In this document: positions 40,173-48,469 of the stretch, one piece after another
Layout of the letters: each line of letters starts with the position of its first letter
How positions within the stretch are numbered: position 1 is the first letter of the stretch
DNA from: Gemmatimonadota bacterium
Lineage (GTDB): Bacteria > Gemmatimonadota > Gemmatimonadetes > Gemmatimonadales > GWC2-71-9
Direction: 5' to 3'
Length of the DNA: 64,000 bases
Assembly (NCBI GenBank): GCA_031375485.1
Contig: JANMHX010000287.1
Coordinates: forward strand, 10,644 to 74,643
Made by a program: the position numbers and the translations under genes
The notes under the pieces: generated by a model
The model's database searches: none
Told to the model about the DNA's origin: nothing
What the model saw: only the letters and a program-made list of their open reading frames with translations

Positions 40173-40206
40173 GGTCTGGTCTCCAGAAAAGGTTGGGCGG
40201 CTAGCC

Positions 40207-40235
40207 ACAAATAACAAGCGGGCCTTACGGCCCGC
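40207..40235 (-). terminator. rho-independent terminator after the PEP-CTERM protein gene
   Basis: The minus strand reads GCGGGCC-GTAA-GGCCCGC followed by TTGTTATTTGT. Confidence 0.65.
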
Positions 40236-40262
40236 CTGGAGGTTGTCGGTTGAGCTTCGGAA

Positions 40263-40979
40263 CTAGCTCTTGGCCTGCCGCCGGCGGCGAAGGAATGTAG
40301 CGCCACCCAAGCCGACGAGGCCAGTCGCGAGGAGGCCCATGGTGGCGGGCTCCGGCGCCAAGGTCAGGTCGCCCCGGATGTAGAGCTGCTCCTGCTTGCC
40401 GCAGCCATTCCACGGGCCGCGAGTGGGCCGGGCCGCGGCACATCCCGCGACGGCCACATCCGTCAACACGTAGACGTTGTTGTAGACGTACTTCTGGTAG
40501 TTCGCAGCGGAGAGGTTCGTCCAACCTTGGACTGCGGCAATATCCGACGGGAGGGTTAACCACGGGCTAGTCGGGGTCATCAGGTGCCAAATGGCGGCGT
40601 GGATGAAGCCCCACTGCGTGACAGCCGTCGTCCGGAACTGGGCCGCGAGCCAGGCTGCCTGCTGGTATCTGGCGAGACCCTTGGTGCTGCCGAACCGGGT
40701 GGTTCCCAGGCCAACGGTTCCATCCAACTTCGTGGCGTTTACTTTGAAGCGGTTGCCGGGCGAGATGTGGTTCATGAAATCGACGCACCAGACATCGATC
40801 CCCTTCCCATCCAGCTCGGCTTTGTAAGTCCCGACCTGAACGCCGAACGCCACCTTCCCGCTTCCCCTCACAAACTTGAAGTCGGCCTGACTCTGAGCCG
40901 AGGCAGGGGCGGCCATCGCGAGGACGAGGGCGATGGTGGAAGTGATCCGTGGATAGTAGCGCAAGGGAATGCCTTTCAA
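40263..40979 (-). CDS. PEP-CTERM sorting-domain secreted protein
   Basis: The C-terminus APEPATMGLLATGLVGLGGATFLRRRRQ has the PEP motif, a TM helix and a basic tail. I prefer the TTG at 40979, which gives MKGIPLRYYPRITSTIALVLAMAAPASA. The ORF is open up to a GTG at 41087. Confidence 0.65.
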   Translation of the reverse strand: MKGIPLRYYPRITSTIALVLAMAAPASAQSQADFKFVRGSGKVAFGVQVGTYKAELDGKGIDVWCVDFMNHISPGNRFKVNATKLDGTVGLGTTRFGSTKGLARYQQAAWLAAQFRTTAVTQWGFIHAAIWHLMTPTSPWLTLPSDIAAVQGWTNLSAANYQKYVYNNVYVLTDVAVAGCAAARPTRGPWNGCGKQEQLYIRGDLTLAPEPATMGLLATGLVGLGGATFLRRRRQAKS

Positions 40980-41317
40980 CCGTGTTACGGGCTTCTGCAA
41001 AGCCCGGTGCGTGTTCGTTCTCGGAAGGTGACAAAGCAAAGCGCATGCCGACCAATTTCCGGTCACTGACTCCGTGACATAGAACACCTCAAGTTGTTTT
41101 GTTGCAGCTAGTTACGATCCAGACTAAGTTGCTGGGTCGGCCGGACATCGGGCCAATCGGAAGCCGGGTTGATCTCAGGGTGTCGCGCCAGTGCTTCAAC
41201 AGTGGCGTGGCAACAGCGAGTTCCGGCCGCCCGTAGAGGACGGCTTGTGGCCGTCCCTGCTGTAGTTGGCTGCAACCAAACGACATGAGTGCATCTTCTT
41301 GCATTACATTTCCCCTG

Positions 41318-41333
41318 TGGCATCCGTCCTGCA
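41318..41333 (+). promoter_or_regulatory. candidate sigma-54 (-24/-12) promoter
   Basis: TGGCATCCGTCCTGCA compared with TGGCACG-N4-TTGCW. The GG and GC dinucleotides are correctly spaced. It lies 58 nt upstream of the ATG at 41391. Confidence 0.45.
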
Positions 41334-41390
41334 GTTGCAGGGGCGGGCAAATCGTCGTTGCGAACAACTTACCGATTTCTAGGTAGCCGC

Positions 41391-44300
41391 ATGCTCCTGT
41401 TTCGTGGGCCGTCCCGCATGATCGTGATGGTTTGCCTCCTGCTCGGATTGAGCTTGGCTCCCTCCGTTGCCGAGGCTCAGAGTTTGTCCGGTGGCTCGCT
41501 TCGCGGCGTCGTAACGACCGCCAATGGGGAGCCAGTCGTCGGGGCCCAAGTCACCCTCGAGTCGGCTGACCGAAGCGCTATTCGGACGGTCGAAACCGGG
41601 CAGGACGGGTCGTTCGGGTTTTCCTTCCTGACCCCGGCCTCCTACAACGTGCTCATCGAACAGATCGGCTTTCAGCCGGTCCGGCGGTTGGGCATCACCG
41701 TTCGGGCCGGACAGCGGGCTGCCGTCCGGATCGAAATCGAGCGCAAGCCGCCCCCCGTGACCACGGTCACCGAGATCGATGCCCCGGTGGTCACGACCGG
41801 CCTGTTGAGCGGTCGTTTGGTTGCCGGTTCTGAGCTGCACGATCTGGCCCGGTTCCCCGATCTGACGGATGGGGTCCGCGGCACCACGAGTTTCCTCTCG
41901 AGCTTCGACGCCAGGTCGGGACTTGGTCTCGCCGGCCTCGGCGCGCCTGCCGCTGGATCCCGCTTGTTTGTCGATGGCGTTCCGGAACTTCTGGTCAGCC
42001 ATCCCGGACTCCCATCTCTGGCGGCTGAGACCCCGATCTTCTCGCGGAGCGGGCTCGACCAAGTCCTGATCTTCGGGAGCGGCTTCGACAGCGAGTGGCG
42101 GGGCAGTGCGGGCCCCTTGGTCGCCGCGCAGACTCGGTCCGGCGGGAACCGCCTCACGTTCGAGCCGTACGCCCGGTTCTCCACCGCCAAACTGGGTGGG
42201 GTGCCCGCCGCCAATCCTTCCGACAGTGCCGCGACGTCGTTTGCGGTTGGAGCATCGCTGCGGGGCGCGATCAAGCCCGACACCGCCTACTTCGCGGTTT
42301 CCGGCGACTACCGCTCGGAAGAACTCCCGTCGGCGTTCCCCTGGCTCACGGATTCGGCCCGGTACCGCGGCAGTCCGGTGCCACTGGCATCGTCCCTGGC
42401 GGCCATCGCCTCCGACAGCTTCGGGACGAACCTCGCTGCGGCGACGAGCCCGGCCGTTCGGACCTGGAAAGGTGGCAACGGGCTGGCCCGGATCGATTGG
42501 CGATTCGGTCGGCGGCACGCGTTCTACGCCCGGGCCGGGTTTGCCGCGTGGAAAGAAACCAACCCGGGCATCGCGACCGATGTCGGCAACGACGCCGGTG
42601 CTGGGCTTGATGCCCGGGATTTTTCGACGGCCGCCGCGCTGACTTCAACGGGCGAAGCCATGGCCAATGAATTCCGCTTGGGCGTATCGAACACCCGGAG
42701 AGATTGGACCGATAGCGGGTTGCCGGCGACCATCTTTGCGGCCGAAGGCGTTCGCGTCGGCGGCCACCAAGCCCTGCCTGGGACCTTTCAAACCCGAGTG
42801 GTCAGCCTGACCGATGCCTTTCAGTTGGCGAGTGGTCCGCACACGATCAAAGTCGGCGGCAACGTCGACCTGGGGCGCCACGAGCAGGATTACAGCTATG
42901 GTCGGGCCGGCCTCGTCTACTTCGGCGACCTCACCGAATTTGGGGCCGGGCGAGGCCTTCGGGTCCAAACGACCGCTGCCGTGCCGAACGCCGAGTTTAC
43001 CACCAGCGACCTCGGGCTGTTCGCCGAAGACGTCTGGACCGTTTCTCCGGAGTTTCAGGTGGTCTTTGGCATTCGATACGACCGGCGGCGCTTTGCAGCC
43101 GGGAAACTCGCGCTGAACCAGAGTTGGCTCACGGCAACCGAAATCCGAACCGATGCCGCGCCCGAGGATTCGAAAGGGGTTTCGCCCCGCGTCGGGTTCG
43201 TGTGGGATGTCCGAGGCGCCGGCACCTGGGTTATCCGAGGCGGGGCCGGATGGTTTGTGAACGGTCTCGACCCGCGCCTGTTTGCCGAGGCCGTCACTAC
43301 CGGGGGCGGCCTGACCGTTCGCCGTGCCTTTGGTACCGGGGATTGGCCGACCGGCCTTCCCGCCGGCGGGACGACCGGCACTGCCCTGACCTTCTTCACC
43401 GACAAATTCAGAGCGCCCCGGACCGCCAAAGCGGAAGCCGGCCTCGAGGGGTTGATCGGGAGCGGCATCACGCTGCAGGTCAACGGCGGCTATTACCACA
43501 CCGACTATCTCCCTCGCCGGCTCGACCTCAATCGGCCGACCGGCCTTGGGCTCACCACCGAGGGCCGGCCACTCTTTGGGACCCTCGCCAAGTCGGCCGG
43601 CTTGGTGTACGCCGTACCCGGTTCCAATCGCCGGTTCGCCGACTTCGACTTGGTCTCCGCCCTGGTCCCGACCGGGTTCGTGGACCACTACGAGGCGACT
43701 CTGGCCTTGGAGCGCCGATCAGCGGTCGGTCTGACCATGCTCGCGTCGTACACCTATTCGAAGACCCAAGACAATATCGTCGGTCGACTGACCGCCGATC
43801 CCGCCGACCAACTCAACCCGTTTCCTGGCGGCCTCGACGGCAAGGATTGGACGGACGGTCGATCCGATCTCGACATCCCCCACCGGGTGGCGGCAACCTT
43901 CCAGTATCGGACCCGCGGTCCGAGCCGCGTGCAGTTCACCGGTCGGTGGCGGTGGCGTTCCGGTCTCCCGTTCACGGCCGGATTCCGGCCGGGCGTCGAC
44001 GTCAATGGCGACGGTGGCGGTGGCAACGACCCCGCCTTCCTCGACTCGGCCGTGCCGAACGTGGCGGAGGCGCTCAATCGGGGCACCTGCGGCCAAGGGG
44101 CCACCAACGGATTCGCGATTCGAAATGGTTGTCGGGAACGATCGGTTCAGAGCCTCGACCTCGGTTTCAAGTTCGCCCTGCCCATCGCGACCAAGGGAGG
44201 CAGTCGGGTGATGATCTCCGCCGACGCCTTCAACGTAGTGTCGACGACGACCGGTGCTACCGATCGCGCCCTCTTCCTGGTTGATCCGGCCGGAGCTCTG

Positions 44301-44414
44301 TCGGGCACCGCCCGGATCCGGTTGCCGCTCGTCACCAACCCGGGTTTTGGCACCCTCCAGAACCGTCGAGGCGAACCGCGCTTCGTGCGGCTCGGCCTCA
44401 GCATCGAGTATTGA
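41391..44414 (+). CDS. CarboxypepD_reg-domain giant outer-membrane beta-barrel (TonB-dependent-receptor-like)
   Basis: Signal peptide ending VAEAQ and N-terminal domain GSLRGVVTTANGEPVVGAQVTLES...GQDGSFGFSFLTPASYNV. About 900 aa of beta-strand-type sequence follows, ending LGLSIEY. Confidence 0.8.
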   Translation: MLLFRGPSRMIVMVCLLLGLSLAPSVAEAQSLSGGSLRGVVTTANGEPVVGAQVTLESADRSAIRTVETGQDGSFGFSFLTPASYNVLIEQIGFQPVRRLGITVRAGQRAAVRIEIERKPPPVTTVTEIDAPVVTTGLLSGRLVAGSELHDLARFPDLTDGVRGTTSFLSSFDARSGLGLAGLGAPAAGSRLFVDGVPELLVSHPGLPSLAAETPIFSRSGLDQVLIFGSGFDSEWRGSAGPLVAAQTRSGGNRLTFEPYARFSTAKLGGVPAANPSDSAATSFAVGASLRGAIKPDTAYFAVSGDYRSEELPSAFPWLTDSARYRGSPVPLASSLAAIASDSFGTNLAAATSPAVRTWKGGNGLARIDWRFGRRHAFYARAGFAAWKETNPGIATDVGNDAGAGLDARDFSTAAALTSTGEAMANEFRLGVSNTRRDWTDSGLPATIFAAEGVRVGGHQALPGTFQTRVVSLTDAFQLASGPHTIKVGGNVDLGRHEQDYSYGRAGLVYFGDLTEFGAGRGLRVQTTAAVPNAEFTTSDLGLFAEDVWTVSPEFQVVFGIRYDRRRFAAGKLALNQSWLTATEIRTDAAPEDSKGVSPRVGFVWDVRGAGTWVIRGGAGWFVNGLDPRLFAEAVTTGGGLTVRRAFGTGDWPTGLPAGGTTGTALTFFTDKFRAPRTAKAEAGLEGLIGSGITLQVNGGYYHTDYLPRRLDLNRPTGLGLTTEGRPLFGTLAKSAGLVYAVPGSNRRFADFDLVSALVPTGFVDHYEATLALERRSAVGLTMLASYTYSKTQDNIVGRLTADPADQLNPFPGGLDGKDWTDGRSDLDIPHRVAATFQYRTRGPSRVQFTGRWRWRSGLPFTAGFRPGVDVNGDGGGGNDPAFLDSAVPNVAEALNRGTCGQGATNGFAIRNGCRERSVQSLDLGFKFALPIATKGGSRVMISADAFNVVSTTTGATDRALFLVDPAGALSGTARIRLPLVTNPGFGTLQNRRGEPRFVRLGLSIEY

Positions 44415-45400
44415 CCATGACCACTTCTTCTCTTCGATATCTCCTCCCGGCGGTCGTCGTCACCCTTGGGGCCTGCGAGAACGCGGGCGTGGGACTCGAG
44501 ACCGGGATCGAACGCCGGAACGCGGTGACCGTCGGCGTCTTCCTCGATCGGGACGGTTCCCGGACGGCCACGAGCCTCGATACGGTGTTCGCGAACGTTC
44601 GGGTGGCGCTGTTGGTCAAAGGCGCCCTCGACACCTTCAAGATCGTGACCACGAATGCGCTCGGATTCGCGCGCTTCAACGACGTTCCCCTCGGGCAATA
44701 TCGGGTCGCGCTCGACCCGCGGACCGTCGGCGATACGATTCAAGTTCAGGCGATCGATTCCGCCGAGGTCCGGGTTCAAGCGCGGGACACCAATACCGTC
44801 GTCATCGCCCGGCTCGGGTATCCGGAAGTCACCATCCGCCAGGCCCGGAACACCCCCCCCGGCCGACGGGTCTTTCTTCGGGGAGTGGTCCTCTCCGGTG
44901 TTCAGTCGTTCCGGGACACCACCTCGCACGTGGTCGACAGCTCCGGTCAAGTCCGTCTGACCCGGGTGGCACTCCGCGGGGGGCTCGTCGGCAATACCCC
45001 GGGCGACAGCGTGAGCATCCTCGGGGTGACTGGCACCCGGGCGGGCCAGCCCGTACTCGATTTGGCCGTCTTGGCCCGATTCGGCGTCCGGCCGGCGCCG
45101 GTGCCGTTGGCGGTAGGAACCGGGCCCGCCGGCACCGCCAACAACGGCGCGCTCGACGCGGCCTTGGTCCAAGTGACCGGCGCGATCATCAGCGACACCC
45201 TGACCGTGGCGCCGGATTTTGAGATCAAGGCCTCCGACGGGTCCGGTGTCTTGAGGATTTTGCTCGACGGCAATCTCAATTTTGCCCGATCGAACTTCCG
45301 TCCCAATCGATCGATCAATGTTCGAGGGGTACTGGTACCGACTGGGGCCGGCACCTGGAGCCTCAAGCCCCGGGATGTGAACGATGTCGTGTTCAACTGA
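44411..45400 (+). CDS. lipoprotein with Cna-B/CarboxypepD_reg-like domain and two OB-like beta-barrel domains (tentative)
   Basis: Lipobox VVTLGAC. The TTG overlaps the barrel stop (TTGA), and an ATG lies at 44417. Also GFARFNDVPLGQYRVAL and two segments of the form RGVV..G......V.D.SG. Confidence 0.55.
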   Translation: MTMTTSSLRYLLPAVVVTLGACENAGVGLETGIERRNAVTVGVFLDRDGSRTATSLDTVFANVRVALLVKGALDTFKIVTTNALGFARFNDVPLGQYRVALDPRTVGDTIQVQAIDSAEVRVQARDTNTVVIARLGYPEVTIRQARNTPPGRRVFLRGVVLSGVQSFRDTTSHVVDSSGQVRLTRVALRGGLVGNTPGDSVSILGVTGTRAGQPVLDLAVLARFGVRPAPVPLAVGTGPAGTANNGALDAALVQVTGAIISDTLTVAPDFEIKASDGSGVLRILLDGNLNFARSNFRPNRSINVRGVLVPTGAGTWSLKPRDVNDVVFN

Positions 45401-45414
45401 CCTGGCTGGCCGGC

Positions 45415-46284
45415 ATGGTGCCCACTCCGGTCATGGGAGCCCCTCAGCTCTTCTCGATTGACGTCGAAGAGCACTTTCAGGTCAGTGCCTTCGAACGGTT
45501 TCTGCCTCGAGAGCAGTGGGATGCCCAGCCCTCCCGGGTCGAGGAGGGCATGGACCGCTTGCTCGATCTGCTCGCCCGCCGTCAGGCCAAGGCCACCTGT
45601 TTCATTCTCGGTTGGGTCGCCGAGCGCCATCCCGGCCTCGTGCGCCGGATCGCGGCGGCTGGACATGAGATCGCTTCGCACGGCTGGTGGCATCGCAAGG
45701 TGTCGTCGCTAACGGCCGACGAGTTCCGGTCTGACCTCCGGCAGTCGAAGCAGCTCCTCGAGGACCTGGTTGGCCGGCCCGTCCATGGATTCCGGGCCCC
45801 GAGCTTTTCGATTCGGCCGGGTATGGAGTGGGCCTTCGATGTCCTGCTCGAAGAAGGCTACCGGTACGACTCGAGTCTGTTCCCGATCCGCCGCCCCGAC
45901 TACGGCTACCCGGATGCGCCACCAGAACCCCATCACATTGCGTGCGCCTCGGGCCGATTGCTGGAACTGCCGATGGCCACCATCGCCATCGGCCGCTGGC
46001 GGCTACCTGCGGCTGGTGGGGGCTATCTCCGGCACCTTCCGTTCTGGGTGACCCACCGCGCGGCCGCGGAGCGAGCAAAACGGGGCCTCACCGGGATGTT
46101 CTATATCCACCCCTGGGAAGTTGATCCGGATCAACCGCGCCTCCCGGTCGGCCGGATCACCGGCCTTCGCCACTACCGGGGCCTCGAGAATACCGTGGGT
46201 CGCCTGGAACGGCTGCTCGGCGAGTTTGAGTTCACTTCGGTGGCCCGGTGGCTCGAAACCGCCACCGGTTCGCCCCCATGCTGA
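45415..46284 (+). CDS. polysaccharide deacetylase, XrtA/PEP-CTERM-locus type
   Basis: FSIDVEEHFQVSAFE, ATCFILGWVAERHPGLV, EIASHGWWH and FRAPSFSI motifs. Confidence 0.8.
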   Translation: MVPTPVMGAPQLFSIDVEEHFQVSAFERFLPREQWDAQPSRVEEGMDRLLDLLARRQAKATCFILGWVAERHPGLVRRIAAAGHEIASHGWWHRKVSSLTADEFRSDLRQSKQLLEDLVGRPVHGFRAPSFSIRPGMEWAFDVLLEEGYRYDSSLFPIRRPDYGYPDAPPEPHHIACASGRLLELPMATIAIGRWRLPAAGGGYLRHLPFWVTHRAAAERAKRGLTGMFYIHPWEVDPDQPRLPVGRITGLRHYRGLENTVGRLERLLGEFEFTSVARWLETATGSPPC

Positions 46285-47306
46285 CGGTTCGGCGGTTCGA
46301 CGGGCCGGCGGGTGAGTGGGATGCTTTTTTGGGCACCCAACCGGACGCCACTCACTTCCACCGTTTGGGCTGGAGTCGGGTTCTGCAGGGGTCCCTTCGG
46401 CACCAAAGCGTGCCGCTTGCGGCGGTGGATGCGTCGGGAGCGCTCCACGGAGTGCTTCCGCTGGCCTCGGTCAATTCACTCATCTTCGGCCGCTACCTCG
46501 TTTCGATGCCCTTCGTGAGCTACGGCGGGCCGCTGGGCACCGACGAGGCGGTCCTGGCGCTGACCGCCGAAGCCGTCTCCCGCGCCAAGCTCGGTCGGGC
46601 CAAGCTCCTCGAGCTCCGAAGCCGTCGGGAGCTCCCGATCGGGTTGGTTCCCTCGCTCCGGAAGATCACGGTGGTGCTCGACCTTCCGAACGATCCCGCC
46701 GTACTCCTGAAGGGGTTTTCGGCCAAGCTCAGGAGCCAGATCCGCAAGCCGGAAAAGGAAGGGGTTTCGGTTCGGTTCGGGGCCGATCAGGTCGAGCCCT
46801 TCTACGCCGTGTTTTCCCGTCACATGCGGGACCTTGGAACCCCGGTAATGCCCCGGGCCTGGTTCAAGATGATTGCGGCCGAGTTTCCTGAGGACGCGTG
46901 GTTTGGTTGCGCGTGGCTGAACGGGGCACCGGTCGCCTGCGGCGCGGGGTTTCGATGGGCCGACGAATTCGAGATCACCTGGGCCTCGGCCCTCAAGGAG
47001 CACAACCGGCTCGCCCCCAACATGCTGCTCTATGCCGCGTTCATGGATCGGTCGATCGAGCACGGGGTTCGCCGGTTCAACTTCGGGCGTTGTACGCCGG
47101 AGTCCGGAACCCACCGGTTCAAGCGGCAGTGGGGTGGCCGAGACGAGCCGTTGTATTGGTACCAGTGGTCGCCCGGGGCCCAAGCGCCCGCCGCGACGCC
47201 GAACCCCGATCAGGGGATGCTGGCGTTGGGGCCCCGTCTGTGGCGGCACCTGCCCCTGGTGGTCGCCAATTGGATCGGGCCACGCGTCGTCCGGGGGATT
47301 CCGTGA
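46278..47306 (+). CDS. FemAB-family protein, PEP-CTERM-system-associated type
   Basis: WDAFLGTQPDATHFHRLGWSRVL and YLVSMPFVSYGGPLG motifs. The ATG at 46278 overlaps the upstream stop by 7 nt. Confidence 0.75.
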   Translation: MLTVRRFDGPAGEWDAFLGTQPDATHFHRLGWSRVLQGSLRHQSVPLAAVDASGALHGVLPLASVNSLIFGRYLVSMPFVSYGGPLGTDEAVLALTAEAVSRAKLGRAKLLELRSRRELPIGLVPSLRKITVVLDLPNDPAVLLKGFSAKLRSQIRKPEKEGVSVRFGADQVEPFYAVFSRHMRDLGTPVMPRAWFKMIAAEFPEDAWFGCAWLNGAPVACGAGFRWADEFEITWASALKEHNRLAPNMLLYAAFMDRSIEHGVRRFNFGRCTPESGTHRFKRQWGGRDEPLYWYQWSPGAQAPAATPNPDQGMLALGPRLWRHLPLVVANWIGPRVVRGIP

Positions 47307-48469
47307 CGGGGAGCGGCGTGGCACCGGCGTCCCAGCCCCAAGCCGTCCGCGGCGGGGGCGAAATCAGGTCCCTCACCGGACTCCGATTCCTGGCGGCCTT
47401 CCACGTCATGTTGTTTCACAATACCGTCGGATTTCACAGCCACCTGCCTGGGTTGGTCATCGCTTTCATCAACATGGGCGACCTCGGGGTCACCTTGTTC
47501 TTCGTTCTGTCGGGGTTCGTCCTGGCGTACACCTATCGCGGACGGGCCCGGGAGAACCTGCCGGGGTTCTGGTCCGCCCGGTTTGCCCGGGTCTACCCGG
47601 TTTACCTTCTTGGTCTGGTGGCAGCAGTGCCGATCTTCATCACCGACCGGCTGCCCGAGATGCAGCCGCACCAAGTCGCGGTGACGCTGGTGTCGGTACT
47701 CACCCTGACTCAGGCGTGGTTCCCGGCTTCGGCATGCAAGCTGAATTGCCCCGGATGGTCATTGTCGGTCGAACTCGTCTTCTATCTGCTGTTCCCCTTT
47801 CTCGCGGCGGGGTTGGCGCGTCTCGGTCGCCGTCCGCTGCTCGCCGTTGCGCTGACGTGTGTGGTGGCCTCGTTCGCTTTCCAATTTCTGCAGCCTCTGG
47901 TCACCGATGCTCTGTATCCGCGAGCCGGGTTCCCGAACGAGGTTCGCCTGATGGTAGGGGCCAACCCGCTCTACCATATTCCTAGCTTTGTCATCGGCGT
48001 GTGCCTGGGCCTCTGGTACGCCTCAGGTGGCGTATTGCCAGCCGCGGCGGTCGTCACCGCCACGGCCGCCGGCGTCGCTGTCGTCCTGTATGCCTCAGGC
48101 AGTCTACTCGATAGTGTTGTTCGAGAGAGCGTCCTCCTGCCGTTGTACGCGGTGATCGTACTTGGCTTGGCCTCGCACCAAACGGGTTTGTCGCGGTGGC
48201 TCGCGACGCCCAGCCTAGTCCTGCTCGGGAAGGCAAGCTATGCACTGTACCTGCTGCATGCGTCGCTCAGCCCCCTCGCGAAGCGATACCTCTTCGATCC
48301 GGGCGCCGACCGGGCCGATGGCTCCGGGTATATCACGGTGATGGCGTTCTTTGCTTTGTATTTCAGCGGGGCGGTGTTGATCTCGGTAGCGGTATACCAT
48401 TTCATTGAGGAGCCAGCCCGCCAATGGCTACGGCGAGCGTTGAGTGGCCGTTCGAAGGCCGCTGCATGA
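47303..48469 (+). CDS. acyltransferase family 3 membrane protein
   Basis: LTGLRFLAAFHVMLFH and GVTLFFVLSGFVLAYTY motifs, with about 10 TM helices. The GTG overlaps the FemAB stop (GTGA). Confidence 0.75.
   Translation: MTGSGVAPASQPQAVRGGGEIRSLTGLRFLAAFHVMLFHNTVGFHSHLPGLVIAFINMGDLGVTLFFVLSGFVLAYTYRGRARENLPGFWSARFARVYPVYLLGLVAAVPIFITDRLPEMQPHQVAVTLVSVLTLTQAWFPASACKLNCPGWSLSVELVFYLLFPFLAAGLARLGRRPLLAVALTCVVASFAFQFLQPLVTDALYPRAGFPNEVRLMVGANPLYHIPSFVIGVCLGLWYASGGVLPAAAVVTATAAGVAVVLYASGSLLDSVVRESVLLPLYAVIVLGLASHQTGLSRWLATPSLVLLGKASYALYLLHASLSPLAKRYLFDPGADRADGSGYITVMAFFALYFSGAVLISVAVYHFIEEPARQWLRRALSGRSKAAA

Noticed and set aside
40263-40979. The idea that the PEP-CTERM protein carries a Cys-Gln thioester (TED/TQXA-like) domain. 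The cues were WCVDF followed by YQQAAW and TQWG...AAIWH.
   Set aside because: The Cys-to-Gln spacing (~40-55 aa) is shorter than I remember for thioester domains, and the motif match is loose. I cannot verify it without an HMM or structure prediction, so I do not report it as a finding.
41106-41121. A second, minus-strand sigma-54-like site (TGGATCGTAACTAGCT). It sits next to a strong GAGGTG followed by a 5-codon mini-ORF (ATG at 41080, MSRSQ) upstream of the PEP-CTERM gene.
   Set aside because: Only the GG/GC dinucleotides and a few flanking bases match the consensus. The mini-ORF is too short to evaluate and could arise by chance.
41088-41390. A tRNA, rRNA or riboswitch in the larger non-coding stretches: 41088-41390, 58719-58880 and 60889-61153.
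   Set aside because: I could not fold a cloverleaf or find conserved tRNA boxes (GTTCGAATC-type T-loop) or rRNA-like segments. All other intergenic gaps are under 80 nt. A small RNA cannot be excluded without covariance-model searches.
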